In this document: piece after piece, positions 18,598 through 28,300 of the stretch
How positions within the stretch are numbered: the stretch's first letter is position 1
How the letters are laid out: each line of letters starts with the position of its first letter
Notes under the pieces: model-generated
The model's database searches: none
Seen by the model: the letters and a program-made list of their open reading frames with translations, nothing else
What the model was told of the DNA's origin: nothing
Source: Candidatus Enterousia sp.
GTDB taxonomy: Bacteria; Pseudomonadota; Alphaproteobacteria; Rs-D84
Assembly: GCA_045649345.1 (NCBI GenBank)
Contig: JAZRPS010000017.1
Span: forward strand, 7,658-71,657
Direction of reading: 5' to 3'
Length of the DNA: 64,000 nt
Position numbers and translations under genes: made by a program

Positions 18598-19236
18598 CTA
18601 TCTAACCTTTTCAAATATTGTGCGGAGGGTGGGGACACTGTCGCGTATCTTTTTTAATCCTTTGTCCGCGACAATCGCACCAGACGCAACAGATACGCCA
18701 GCCAATGGATATACAATAATGCCGGGATACATGCCAGGCTCTGACACCAAATTATAACAAAGCATAAATAACAAGCACGCCATACCAGTCATATATGAAT
18801 ACTTTGCAAACTTACGCATTTTTGTAATACTTGATAACATGTTATTCAACTGTTCAAATTGCGCCTGAATTTTGGCCTTAGATTCGCGTTCTGCACGCAT
18901 TTGCGCCATTTTGATAAATGTTGTAAATGCAACAAAAGAACCTTTTTCTGCACCAGATAAAGCCATCGCTAAAATAGTCACTTCCGTATGATCACGCATT
19001 TTTTCTGCAAAATCTGCCATGTTTGCATACGAAGATGACGACGCAGTTTGATTACCACGCCCATTTAAAACATCGTACGCCATAGTTATTTGATGAAAAC
19101 GATCCGCAGCAGCTTTGTCATTTGGATTTTTATCCGGATGATATTTATGCGCCATACGACGATAGGCACGCTTTATTTCATCAGGCGTGGCGTTTGGCGA
19201 TAATTCTAGTACTTTTAGGGCTTCTTGGTATGTCAT
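18598..19236 (-). CDS. J-domain (DnaJ-like) membrane protein
   Basis: '[35 protein letters not shown]' with HPD. Hydrophobic C-terminal helices. Confidence 0.7.
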   Translation of the reverse strand: MTYQEALKVLELSPNATPDEIKRAYRRMAHKYHPDKNPNDKAAADRFHQITMAYDVLNGRGNQTASSSSYANMADFAEKMRDHTEVTILAMALSGAEKGSFVAFTTFIKMAQMRAERESKAKIQAQFEQLNNMLSSITKMRKFAKYSYMTGMACLLFMLCYNLVSEPGMYPGIIVYPLAGVSVASGAIVADKGLKKIRDSVPTLRTIFEKVR

Positions 19237-19354
19237 AGTGCGCAAAGACTAAAACACAAATTTAGGGTTGTCAAACAAATTCTATGTTGCAAAATACTAA
19301 AATCAGTATAATATATCACTGTTCTATAAAAAAATTAATATTTAGGGGTAAGAT

Positions 19355-20716
19355 ATGCCAGCAAAAACAGTTAATGATATTGTCGCACTGTGCAAGCGAC
19401 GCGGTTTTATTTTTACAGGTTCTGAGATCTATGGCGGATTGGGCGGCGCATACGATTATGGTCCATACGGCGTCGAACTGATGAAAAATATTCGCAACGC
19501 ATGGTGGAACGCCATGATTTATTCACGTGATGATATTGAAGGACTGGACGCGGCACTGATTTCTAATCGTTTGCTGTGGAAATATTCTGGACACGAGGCT
19601 GGATTTTCAGACCCGTTGGTCGAATGTAAAAAATGCGGCACACGTATGCGCCAAGACAAGATGAAAGACCAGACAAAGTGTGATAACTGTGGCAGCACAG
19701 AAATCACAGAACCACGTGCATACCAATTAATGATGGGACTGTCAATCGGTGCGACTGCGGATGGTGCAGTCAATGCATATCTGCGCCCAGAAACAGCGAC
19801 AACAACATACACTAACTTTAAAAACGTGTTAGATGCAAAACCACATAAATTGCCATTTGGTATCGCCCAGATTGGCAAGGCGTTTCGTAACGAAATTTCC
19901 CCACGCGGCTTTGTATTTCGTATGCGCGAATTTGAACAGGCAGAAATGCAATACTTTGTAAACCCAGCCGATGACGAAAAATTCCACCAAATGTGGATGG
20001 AACAACGCATGGCATGGTGGATTAATGCATTGGGGATTCCTGCTGAAAAATTACGCTTTATGCCACATGAAAAGTTGGCACACTATGCCAAGGCAGCTGT
20101 CGATATCGAATACCAATTCCCAGACGGATTTGATGAGGTTGAAGGTATTCATAACCGCCAGGACTTTGACCTGGGGTCACATACCAAGGGTCAAAAAGAC
20201 TTTAAAATCAACGCAAACGTTTTGGAAAACAAAGACAGTACAACCAAATTGTCTTATTCTGATCCACAGAGTGGTCAAAACTTCTTGCCGTATGTAATCG
20301 AAACAGCAATGGGCGTTAACCGTGCAATGCTGGCAGTTATGATAGAAGCATATGAAGAAGAAGACCTGGGTGACGGAAAAACACGAACTGTATTAAAACT
20401 GAAACCACAACTGTCACCAGTAAAGGCGGCTGTCATTCCACTGGCGCGCAATGTTCCAGAATTGTTGAACATATCAAACGACATTGTTGCAAAATTGCGC
20501 AAAATGGCAATTGGACGTATCGAACTGGAAAATTCTGGAAACATCGGTAAAAACTATCGCAGACACGATGAAATCGGAACACCAGTATGTATCACTGTTG
20601 ACCACCAAACAATGGAAGACGGTACTGTGACACTGCGCCATCGCGATACAATGGAACAAGAACGCATCGCAATCGACGCGGTTCCTGCACGTATCTTGGA
20701 AATTGTAAACGGATAA
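19355..20716 (+). CDS. glyQS: Glycyl-tRNA synthetase, homodimeric alpha2 type
   Basis: 'CKRRGFIFTGSEIYGGLGGAYDYGPYGVELMKNI', class II core, C-terminal anticodon-binding domain. Confidence 0.9.
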   Translation: MPAKTVNDIVALCKRRGFIFTGSEIYGGLGGAYDYGPYGVELMKNIRNAWWNAMIYSRDDIEGLDAALISNRLLWKYSGHEAGFSDPLVECKKCGTRMRQDKMKDQTKCDNCGSTEITEPRAYQLMMGLSIGATADGAVNAYLRPETATTTYTNFKNVLDAKPHKLPFGIAQIGKAFRNEISPRGFVFRMREFEQAEMQYFVNPADDEKFHQMWMEQRMAWWINALGIPAEKLRFMPHEKLAHYAKAAVDIEYQFPDGFDEVEGIHNRQDFDLGSHTKGQKDFKINANVLENKDSTTKLSYSDPQSGQNFLPYVIETAMGVNRAMLAVMIEAYEEEDLGDGKTRTVLKLKPQLSPVKAAVIPLARNVPELLNISNDIVAKLRKMAIGRIELENSGNIGKNYRRHDEIGTPVCITVDHQTMEDGTVTLRHRDTMEQERIAIDAVPARILEIVNG

Positions 20717-20746
20717 AAAAATCCCCCAATCGGGGGATTTTTTTTT
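20715..20746. terminator. Bidirectional terminator between glyQS and mraZ
   Basis: aaaaaa-atcccccaatcgggggat-ttttttt. Confidence 0.75.
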
Positions 20747-20767
20747 ACCAAGAAAGAAACTGATTAT

Positions 20768-21217
20768 TTATTCGCCTATTTTTAAATTTGGACGTGCGTG
20801 ACGTAAATTCTTTAATGCACGTTCCTGGGCCACACGAAACGCGTCAGGATTCCAGATTTGAAAACTGTTGCCACGCCCAACAAAAATCGCCCTATCCGTA
20901 ATACCAGCATGAAACAACAAATCAGACGGAATTATAACGCGCCCTGTCACATCAAATGCCAATGGACGCGCATCTGCAAATAGCATCGCAGACAAATCAT
21001 CCAAACCACTGTCAAAAACGCCAATTTTATCGGTTGCAGACGCCATTTGTTCCATACGTGACATAGTCACCCCTTCAATACAATCATTTGTAAAAGAGCG
21101 ATATAAAACAACGCCTGGAAATTTTTCATTTGATACCGAAGCCCGGAAAGAGGCCGGCACAGAAATTCGCCCCTTGGTATCCAAACGATTTTCATAAGAT
21201 GAGAGAAACAATGACAT
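20768..21217 (-). CDS. mraZ: Transcriptional regulator MraZ
   Basis: 'LDTKGRISVPASFR' and 'VTGRVIIPSDL' duplicated SpoVT/AbrB-type halves. 149 aa. Confidence 0.85.
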   Translation of the reverse strand: MSLFLSSYENRLDTKGRISVPASFRASVSNEKFPGVVLYRSFTNDCIEGVTMSRMEQMASATDKIGVFDSGLDDLSAMLFADARPLAFDVTGRVIIPSDLLFHAGITDRAIFVGRGNSFQIWNPDAFRVAQERALKNLRHARPNLKIGE

Positions 21218-21283
21218 TTTATGATCTTCTTTTTAGAGGTCCTTTTTTGCGGTTCCCTTTCCTGCTTCGACTTGAATGTAGCA

Positions 21284-21338
21284 TGGGATTTTATGGTTGT
21301 CAATGACATTATATAAAATCACCTTGGGAATTTATGGT
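21284..21338. promoter_or_regulatory. Two copies of TGGGAWTTTATGGT upstream of mraZ (candidate operator)
   Basis: tgggattttatggt (21284-21297) and tgggaatttatggt (21325-21338). Confidence 0.3.
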
Positions 21339-21379
21339 AAAAAAAATTCAAACAAAATTAAAATAAATACATTTTATGC

Positions 21380-21409
21380 TTGACCTGCGATTCGTTTTTG
21401 TTCTAAGAT
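21380..21409 (+). promoter_or_regulatory. Sigma70-like promoter of the 21591-22842 cassette
   Basis: TTGACC-N18-TAAGAT. Confidence 0.4.
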
Positions 21410-21590
21410 ATTTGTATAGACAAGGAAGAAAGAATAAAAAAGCTTAAAAAACCGCAGAAAACTTGGATTTTTTAAGCAGAACAAAAAACAACAAATGATG
21501 TCTATCTTTGATTTTTGTAAATACAGCCGTATTTACAATAAACACAAGAAAAACATCACAACATACGCCCAGAAAGGAGGGGAAACGCGC

Positions 21591-21926
21591 ATGCCAAAGA
21601 ATATCAAAGAAATTATGATTGCATTAAACCAAGTCCTGACAACAACCGTTTGGGTTAACGAAGATCGCCAAATTATATCACTGGCAGACGAATTAAAAAT
21701 CGGTCAGAACAATACGCCACGCTCTATCGAAGATTTAGAACGCACTTCTTTGGTTGGCGCATATGTTTCTCTGCAAATCCGCACAGATAATTTTGACATT
21801 TCTGCAGAAAGCATGGACACAAAAACATTGTCATTACGCGTAAAAGAAATGGTATTTGCAGAAGCCAAGAAAATCATGGACAATGCAGATAATTCAGTTC
21901 AGTCCAATATCGCAAAAGCTGCATAA
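21591..21926 (+). CDS. Hypothetical protein (111 aa)
   Basis: ATG preceded by a strong SD (aaaggagggg). No recognizable motifs. Confidence 0.45.
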   Translation: MPKNIKEIMIALNQVLTTTVWVNEDRQIISLADELKIGQNNTPRSIEDLERTSLVGAYVSLQIRTDNFDISAESMDTKTLSLRVKEMVFAEAKKIMDNADNSVQSNIAKAA

Positions 21927-22059
21927 AACACAGGCAGTGCGCATATCAGGACAAATAGTTTCTGGTTATCCAGAAGGAAGGGAGCGACCGTCGTCAAGTA
22001 ATTGTCGACGGTTCTTGTTTGAATATTTATCAATTGACAAGATAACAAACCATGATAAC

Positions 22060-22842
22060 ATGAAAACCATGAAAAAAGATTACTATGATTTAAAATACCC
22101 TGTGTGGTACCCATACAGCAAACCAAATGGCGAGCGTGGGATTATGTACACTATTCCTGTCAAGGAACTGGTTAAAATTTATTCTAAACACACAAACCAT
22201 ATGCCAAAAACATTTTTTGATTGCGGTGCCGCGAATGGTCAATTGTTGCTGGAAGCCGAAAAAATGGGAATCGATGCAAGTGGTGTCGAAAAAGAAAAAT
22301 ATATCCTAGCAAGTCAGGCACAACGCAATTTAGTTAAACAAGGAAAACTGCAAATTAAACCGATTGAAAAATGTCCACCGGTTAAAGCAGATCTTGCGTA
22401 CTGCAATGGCGTGTTAACATATATGGACACCACACAATTGGCACTGACGATGTCCAAATTCGCCAACACAGACATGGTAATTGTATCACTTGACACAATC
22501 GACGATGCCCTTGACGCCAAAGAAAAAAATGCAATCTTGCCAGTAGAAAAAGAACAAAAACTGAAACCTATTATTTGGTGGGTTGCATATTTCCAGGCAA
22601 CTGGATTTGATGCCGGATATAACTTTGAACACCAATGCTTTGTTTTGACGCCGATGACACTAAAAAACAAGATGAAAAGTCAGATAAGACAAAAGCCAAA
22701 AAGGAAATTACGCGTTTATCCGACAGTTGATTTGCAAAAAAAACGCCGGACAAAAAAAGTCCCACAAAGACAACGTCAGATAGAAATGCAAGAAAAGGCA
22801 GAAAATCGAATTCTGCGTGATTTGAAAAATAGAACACGGTAA
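22060..22842 (+). CDS. Class I SAM-dependent methyltransferase-like protein with a highly basic C-terminal tail
   Basis: 'FFDCGAANGQLL' motif I-like. The last ~60 aa are rich in K/R (KPKRKLRV...KKRRTKKVPQRQRQ). A hairpin terminator lies upstream at about 21985-22020. Confidence 0.5.
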   Translation: MKTMKKDYYDLKYPVWYPYSKPNGERGIMYTIPVKELVKIYSKHTNHMPKTFFDCGAANGQLLLEAEKMGIDASGVEKEKYILASQAQRNLVKQGKLQIKPIEKCPPVKADLAYCNGVLTYMDTTQLALTMSKFANTDMVIVSLDTIDDALDAKEKNAILPVEKEQKLKPIIWWVAYFQATGFDAGYNFEHQCFVLTPMTLKNKMKSQIRQKPKRKLRVYPTVDLQKKRRTKKVPQRQRQIEMQEKAENRILRDLKNRTR

Positions 22843-22870
22843 AAAACACGCCCAGTTGGGCGTTTTTTTT
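22841..22870. terminator. Bidirectional terminator
   Basis: aaaaaac-acgcccagttgggcgt-ttttttt. Confidence 0.75.
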
Positions 22871-23801
22871 ACTCTACCATCGTATAATTCTTGTGAATTA
22901 TTTTTGCACTGCGACGCAAGGCGCCCAACTCTGAACTATCCATCTTTGGCGTCAAAGTTGCCAAGACACCTGCATTTCCAACAACACGTGGCATAGATAA
23001 CGCCGTATCTTTTACAATAACACCGTCAACAGTGCTGACAGTTAGGATGCGGCGCTCGTCATTTATTATACAACGAACCAGGTCTGCAACCGCACCGGCA
23101 ATGCCATCCCATGTTGCGCCACGCCCCCTGATAATTTCATATGCAGAATTATGAACACGATGTTCTATGGTCTTGCGCGTTGTGGCGGGCAATGAGTTTT
23201 TAGTCTGACGGCAAAACGTATTTAAATCAACACCACCAATACATGCAGACGACCAGTTAATCATACTGCTGTCACCATGTTCGCCCAAGACATATGCATT
23301 AATAGACTGCGTCGATACCGACAATTGACGTGATAAAATTGTACGCAAACGCGCAGAATCCAACATTGTTCCTGTCCCAATAACGCGCGCAGGTGGCAAT
23401 TTTGATAATTTTTGCGCAACCATAACCATAACATCCAACGGATTTGTGACAACAATTAATTTGACATTCTTGGAATCTACGTTTGCCATAACACGCGGAA
23501 CAATATCGTTAATAACCGCCGTGTTGGCGTGTAATAAATCAGTACGCGTTTGCCCCGGTTTTTGATTTGCACCAGCGGCGACAATAACAATTTCACTGCC
23601 CCGGATGCCACGATAATTGTTTATTGCCGTAATTTTTACATCGTGTGAAAATGCAGTTGCATGCCCCAAATCTTCGGCAGTTGCACGTGCACGAATCCCA
23701 TCACGATCAAACAAGGCAATTTCATGCACTAAACCAGTATTCTTTACAGCGGTTGCAACAGCAGAACCAACCGACCCCAAACCAATAATTGCGACTTTCA
23801 T
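22869..23801 (-). CDS. ldh: L-lactate dehydrogenase (LDH/MDH superfamily)
   Basis: 'MKVAIIGLGSVGSA' Rossmann motif. 'GANQKPGQTR' with Gln at the substrate-discriminating position. 'GEHGDS'. Confidence 0.78.
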   Translation of the reverse strand: MKVAIIGLGSVGSAVATAVKNTGLVHEIALFDRDGIRARATAEDLGHATAFSHDVKITAINNYRGIRGSEIVIVAAGANQKPGQTRTDLLHANTAVINDIVPRVMANVDSKNVKLIVVTNPLDVMVMVAQKLSKLPPARVIGTGTMLDSARLRTILSRQLSVSTQSINAYVLGEHGDSSMINWSSACIGGVDLNTFCRQTKNSLPATTRKTIEHRVHNSAYEIIRGRGATWDGIAGAVADLVRCIINDERRILTVSTVDGVIVKDTALSMPRVVGNAGVLATLTPKMDSSELGALRRSAKIIHKNYTMVE

Positions 23802-23928
23802 GTTTTATTCTCTCTCTATATATTATTCAAGGTCATTATAACATAAAAAGAGGGACTTTGCGACGATATTATAAATTAAATACCGCCAATATGGGATAGG
23901 CGGTATTTTACGACACAAAAGAACTTAA

Positions 23929-24993
23929 TTATTCGGTCTTGATTCCGGCACGTATTTCCGCCAAGGCGCGCGCACGTTCTTCTATCATACCATTCAAATT
24001 TGCACCCGCTAAATTTGCCGTATATGCAATAGAATTTGCAAATGCCAGCGCATCACTGTTTCCATGCGTTTTGACAGAAAAACCACGAAGCCCCAAAAAT
24101 GTTGCACCAGCATATGAACGTGGGTCAATTTTGTGCTTTAAACGTTTGAACACATGAATCAAGAAAAACGCACCAATCATTGCCAGTACAGATTTTTTAA
24201 AGTTCTCTACGACAACGCGCTTGATTAACTTTGCGGTTCCTTCGACTGTTTTTAATACGATATTCCCGGTAAAGCCATCAGTGACGACAACCTGAACCCG
24301 CCCTGCCCCAATGTCATTACCTTCGACAAAGCCGATATATTCATAGGGCAAACTATCTTTATTTTCTGTCAGAATCTTGTTCAGATGAACCAATGTTTCG
24401 TTCCCCTTGGTTTCTTCAGAACCAATGTTTAACACACCCAATTTTGGTCGTGGCATTTTACCGACAACTTCGGCATAAACACTGCCCAAGACGGCAAAAT
24501 CAAACAGGATTGTTTCATCACACTGAACATTTGCCCCTAAATCCAGCACAACCACACGGCTGTCACCGGCACCAGACGGCAACATAGTTGTGATTGCAGG
24601 GCGCGAAATCCCATCAATTGTTTTCAGCGCTAACTTTGACAAAGACATCAAAATACCAGTGTTCCCTGCACTGATGACCGCCATAGAATTACCTTCGCGT
24701 ACATCCTTTATCGCCATATACATTGACGTATCTTGGGCATGACGCAGAACATCCATAACCTTGTCCGTGGGTTTGATTACATTTGGCGCATGGATAATTT
24801 TTGTATTACGGGCAACACGTGGATATTTTGCCAATAATTTACGCAATTTTTTTTCATCACCAAACAAACGAAAGAATACGTTTCCTTCGCCATTTTGATA
24901 TAAATACTGATTCATACCACCCAGAACCGCATTTGGTCCCTTGTCCCCCCCCATGGCATCAATCGCAATTATCTTTTTATTTTCGTCTGACAT
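23929..24993 (-). CDS. plsX: Phosphate acyltransferase PlsX
   Basis: 'IAIDAMGGDKGP'. Follows rpmF as in the conserved rpmF-plsX arrangement. Confidence 0.9.
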   Translation of the reverse strand: MSDENKKIIAIDAMGGDKGPNAVLGGMNQYLYQNGEGNVFFRLFGDEKKLRKLLAKYPRVARNTKIIHAPNVIKPTDKVMDVLRHAQDTSMYMAIKDVREGNSMAVISAGNTGILMSLSKLALKTIDGISRPAITTMLPSGAGDSRVVVLDLGANVQCDETILFDFAVLGSVYAEVVGKMPRPKLGVLNIGSEETKGNETLVHLNKILTENKDSLPYEYIGFVEGNDIGAGRVQVVVTDGFTGNIVLKTVEGTAKLIKRVVVENFKKSVLAMIGAFFLIHVFKRLKHKIDPRSYAGATFLGLRGFSVKTHGNSDALAFANSIAYTANLAGANLNGMIEERARALAEIRAGIKTE

Positions 24994-25067
24994 TTCATAA
25001 AAAAAGCAGATTAGGCACAAAACGCGCCCAGTCTGCCCCCTTGTTTCCTATGATAATAGGTTAATAA

Positions 25068-25217
25068 TTATTTTGCACCGCATGCAGGACAAACGTGATG
25101 TGGGCGTTTCTTTTCGCCACATGTTTTGCATACACCACATGGCATTACAGACAATGCATCATGTGAACGACGTTGTGCAGAACGTGCTTTACTTGTTTTA
25201 CTTTTTGGCGTTGCCAT
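25068..25217 (-). CDS. rpmF: 50S ribosomal protein L32
   Basis: 49-aa ORF (below the track cutoff) translated by hand: MATPKSKTSKARSAQRRSHDALSVMPCGVCKTCGEKKRPHHVCPACGAK. Confidence 0.85.
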   Translation of the reverse strand: MATPKSKTSKARSAQRRSHDALSVMPCGVCKTCGEKKRPHHVCPACGAK

Positions 25218-25271
25218 TTTACTATCCTTTTTATTTATGACTGCTATATTCTATTCAATTCCACAGCATTT

Positions 25272-25311
25272 GCAAGAAAAACTTTCCTTGGCATGTCTTT
25301 TCATGCCAAGG
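25272..25311 (-). terminator. rpoC terminator
   Basis: ccttggcatg-aaaaga-catgccaagg followed by aaagttttt on the minus strand. Confidence 0.65.
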
Positions 25312-25318
25312 AGTGTTT

Positions 25319-28300
25319 TTAGATGTCCAACAACTGTTGTTGGCCATTGCCTTCGCGTGCCAATTTTTCTGCTTTTTCTTCTTCTTTGGCAATTTCGCGA
25401 ACGCGACGTACATATGCACCTGTTCCAATTGGTATCAAACGACCAACAATCAAGTTTTCGTTAATACCAACCAATTTATCTGTTGAACCGCTGATTGCAG
25501 CGTCAACCAATACCTTGGTTGTCTGTTGGAACGATGCGTTCGAAATAAATGAACGTGATGTCAATGATGCACGGGTCAAACCAACCAAGACCTGAGAAGC
25601 CTCTGCCAGTCTGCCACCATCACGTGCAACACGAGCGTTTTCTTCTTCGAAATCAACACGATCAACAACCTGGCCCATCAAGAAGCCTGTGTCACCTGGG
25701 TTTGTGATTTCAACACGACGTGTCATTTCACGTATCAAAATTTCAATGTGTTTGTCATTAATCGTCACGCCCTGCAAGCGATAAACCTGTTGAATCTGGT
25801 CAACCATAAATGTTGCCAAGGCCTTCTGCCCCAAGATACGCAAGATATCTTGTGGAACAGGATCACCGTCAACCAGTTTTTCCGCTTTTTTAACGACATC
25901 ACCACTGCGAACCAACAGGTTTGTGCCCTTTGGTACAGCATATTCGACAGGAGCAGTACCATCGTCTGGTTCAATGCGAATAATGATTTTCGATTTCGCA
26001 TCTTCCAAATCGATTGTACCATCGATTTCAGCCAACAGTGCAGGGTTTGATGGACGACGAACTTCTAACAATTCGTTAACACGTGGCAAACCACCGGTAA
26101 TGTCGCCTGTACGCTTTGCCTGAACAGGGATACGGGCGATAATGTCACCGGCAACAACCTTGTCACCATTGGCAACGTTCAGCACGGAATAAATTGGCAA
26201 CAGATATTCTGCAATCTTTTTCCCGCCCAAAGATATAACTTCGCCCTTGGCATCGACCAATGTGATGGCCGGTTTCAACGCCTTTTTCGTGTTTGTTTTC
26301 CAGTTAATAACCTTGCGAGAAACGATACCAGTCATAGAATCAACTTCTTCCTGATAAGAAACGTTTTCAATCAGGTCATTAAAGTTAACGATACCGTCTT
26401 TTTCAGCGATAATTGTGTTGGAATATGGATCCCATTCTGCCACTTTCGCGCCCTTTTCAACGCTGTCGCCATCGTTAACAATCAGCATAGATGCGTATGG
26501 CAGGCTGCTGCTGAATAATTCTTTGCCTTCGCCGTCAACAACCGCCAATTTACCATTACGGCTTAATACAACGATACGACCTGCGCTGTTCTTAATTGTG
26601 TTAACGCCGGACAATTTGATTGTACCTGCAACTGGTACTTCGATAAAGTGACTTTCGGCACCACCAGATGCAACACCACCAATGTGGAAGGTACGCAACG
26701 TCAACTGGGTACCGGGTTCACCAATCGACTGACCTGCGATAACACCAACCGCTTCGCCGACGTGTACCAATGCATTACGTGACAAGTCCATACCATAACA
26801 TTTCGCACACAGACCATCTGAACAGCATGTCAGAACACTGCGTACATCAACGCTTGGCAGACCAGATTCATTAATCGCCTTGGACGCCGCCTTGGTGACC
26901 AATTCGCCTGCTGGGACAATAATTTCCTTGGTAATTGGATGCACGATATCATGTGCTGCCGTACGTCCCAATACAACATCACCCAATGGAACAGACAATG
27001 TCGAACCAGTATACACAGGTTTTGCAGTAATAAATTCCGTGGTACCGCAATCATGTTCTGTGATAACCGTGTTCTGTGCCAATTCAACCAAACGACGTGT
27101 CAAATAACCCGCGTCAGCTGTTTTCAACGCCGTGTCAGACATACCCTTACGCGCACCGTGGGTTGACGTAAAGTATTCGGACATGGTCAAACCTTCTTTA
27201 AAGTTCGAAATAATTGGAACTTCGATAATCGAACCGTCTGGTTTCTGCATCATACCACGCATACCTGCCAACTGTTGAATCTGACGTTTGGAACCACGCG
27301 CTTCGGACAAAGCCATCATGTATACAGAATTCCATTTGTCACCAGTTGATTTACCCAGCGCAGCATACGCCATGTCACCCAATTTATCTGTTGTACCATG
27401 CCACAAGTCAATCAATTTATTGTGACGTTCACCACCAGACAACAAACCGTTTTGATATTGTTCTTCGATTTCTTCAGCAGCCTTTTCAGACTGGGCAATA
27501 ATGTCTTTCTTTTCGTCTGGGATGACAATGTCGTCATAACCAATGGAAATACCACTGAATGCCGCCTGTTCAAAACCAGTATCTTTCAATGCGTCGGCCA
27601 ACAGAATCATGGCCTTGTCACCACAACGTTCGTATGTTGTTGCCAACAATGATTTAATTGCGCTGCGTGGCATAACCTTGTTAACCAAATCAAATGGCAT
27701 ATTGTCAGATTTTGGTAACAATTCACCCAAAATCATACGACCAGCCGTTGTTTGATATGTCTTGCCGTTGATACGTGCAATAATTGGTGTATGCAATGTG
27801 ATTGTCTTGTTTTCCAACGCCAATTTTACTTCGTCCATGTTCGCAAAACGTGGTGATTTTTCATTGTGTTCACCATTAATCAAAGAGATATAGTAAACAC
27901 CCAAAACCATGTCTTGTGATGGAACAATCATTGGCGCACCGTTCGCAGGTGACAATACGTTGTTTGATGACAACATTAATGTACGTGCTTCTAACTGTGC
28001 CTCTAATGAAATAGGAACGTGAACAGACATCTGGTCACCGTCAAAGTCAGCATTAAAGCCCGAGCATACCAATGGATGCAGACGGATCGCCTTGCCTTCA
28101 ATCAAGACCGGTTCAAATGCCAACAGTGACAAACGGTGCAATGTTGGCGCACGGTTCAGCAATACTGGATGTTCGTGAATAACCTTTTCCAGGATTTCCC
28201 ATACAACATCTTCGCCGTTTTCAACCATTTTGCGTGCAGTCTTTAATGTGTTTGCATAATCGCCCGCCATCAAACGTGCAAATACGAATGGTTTAAACAA

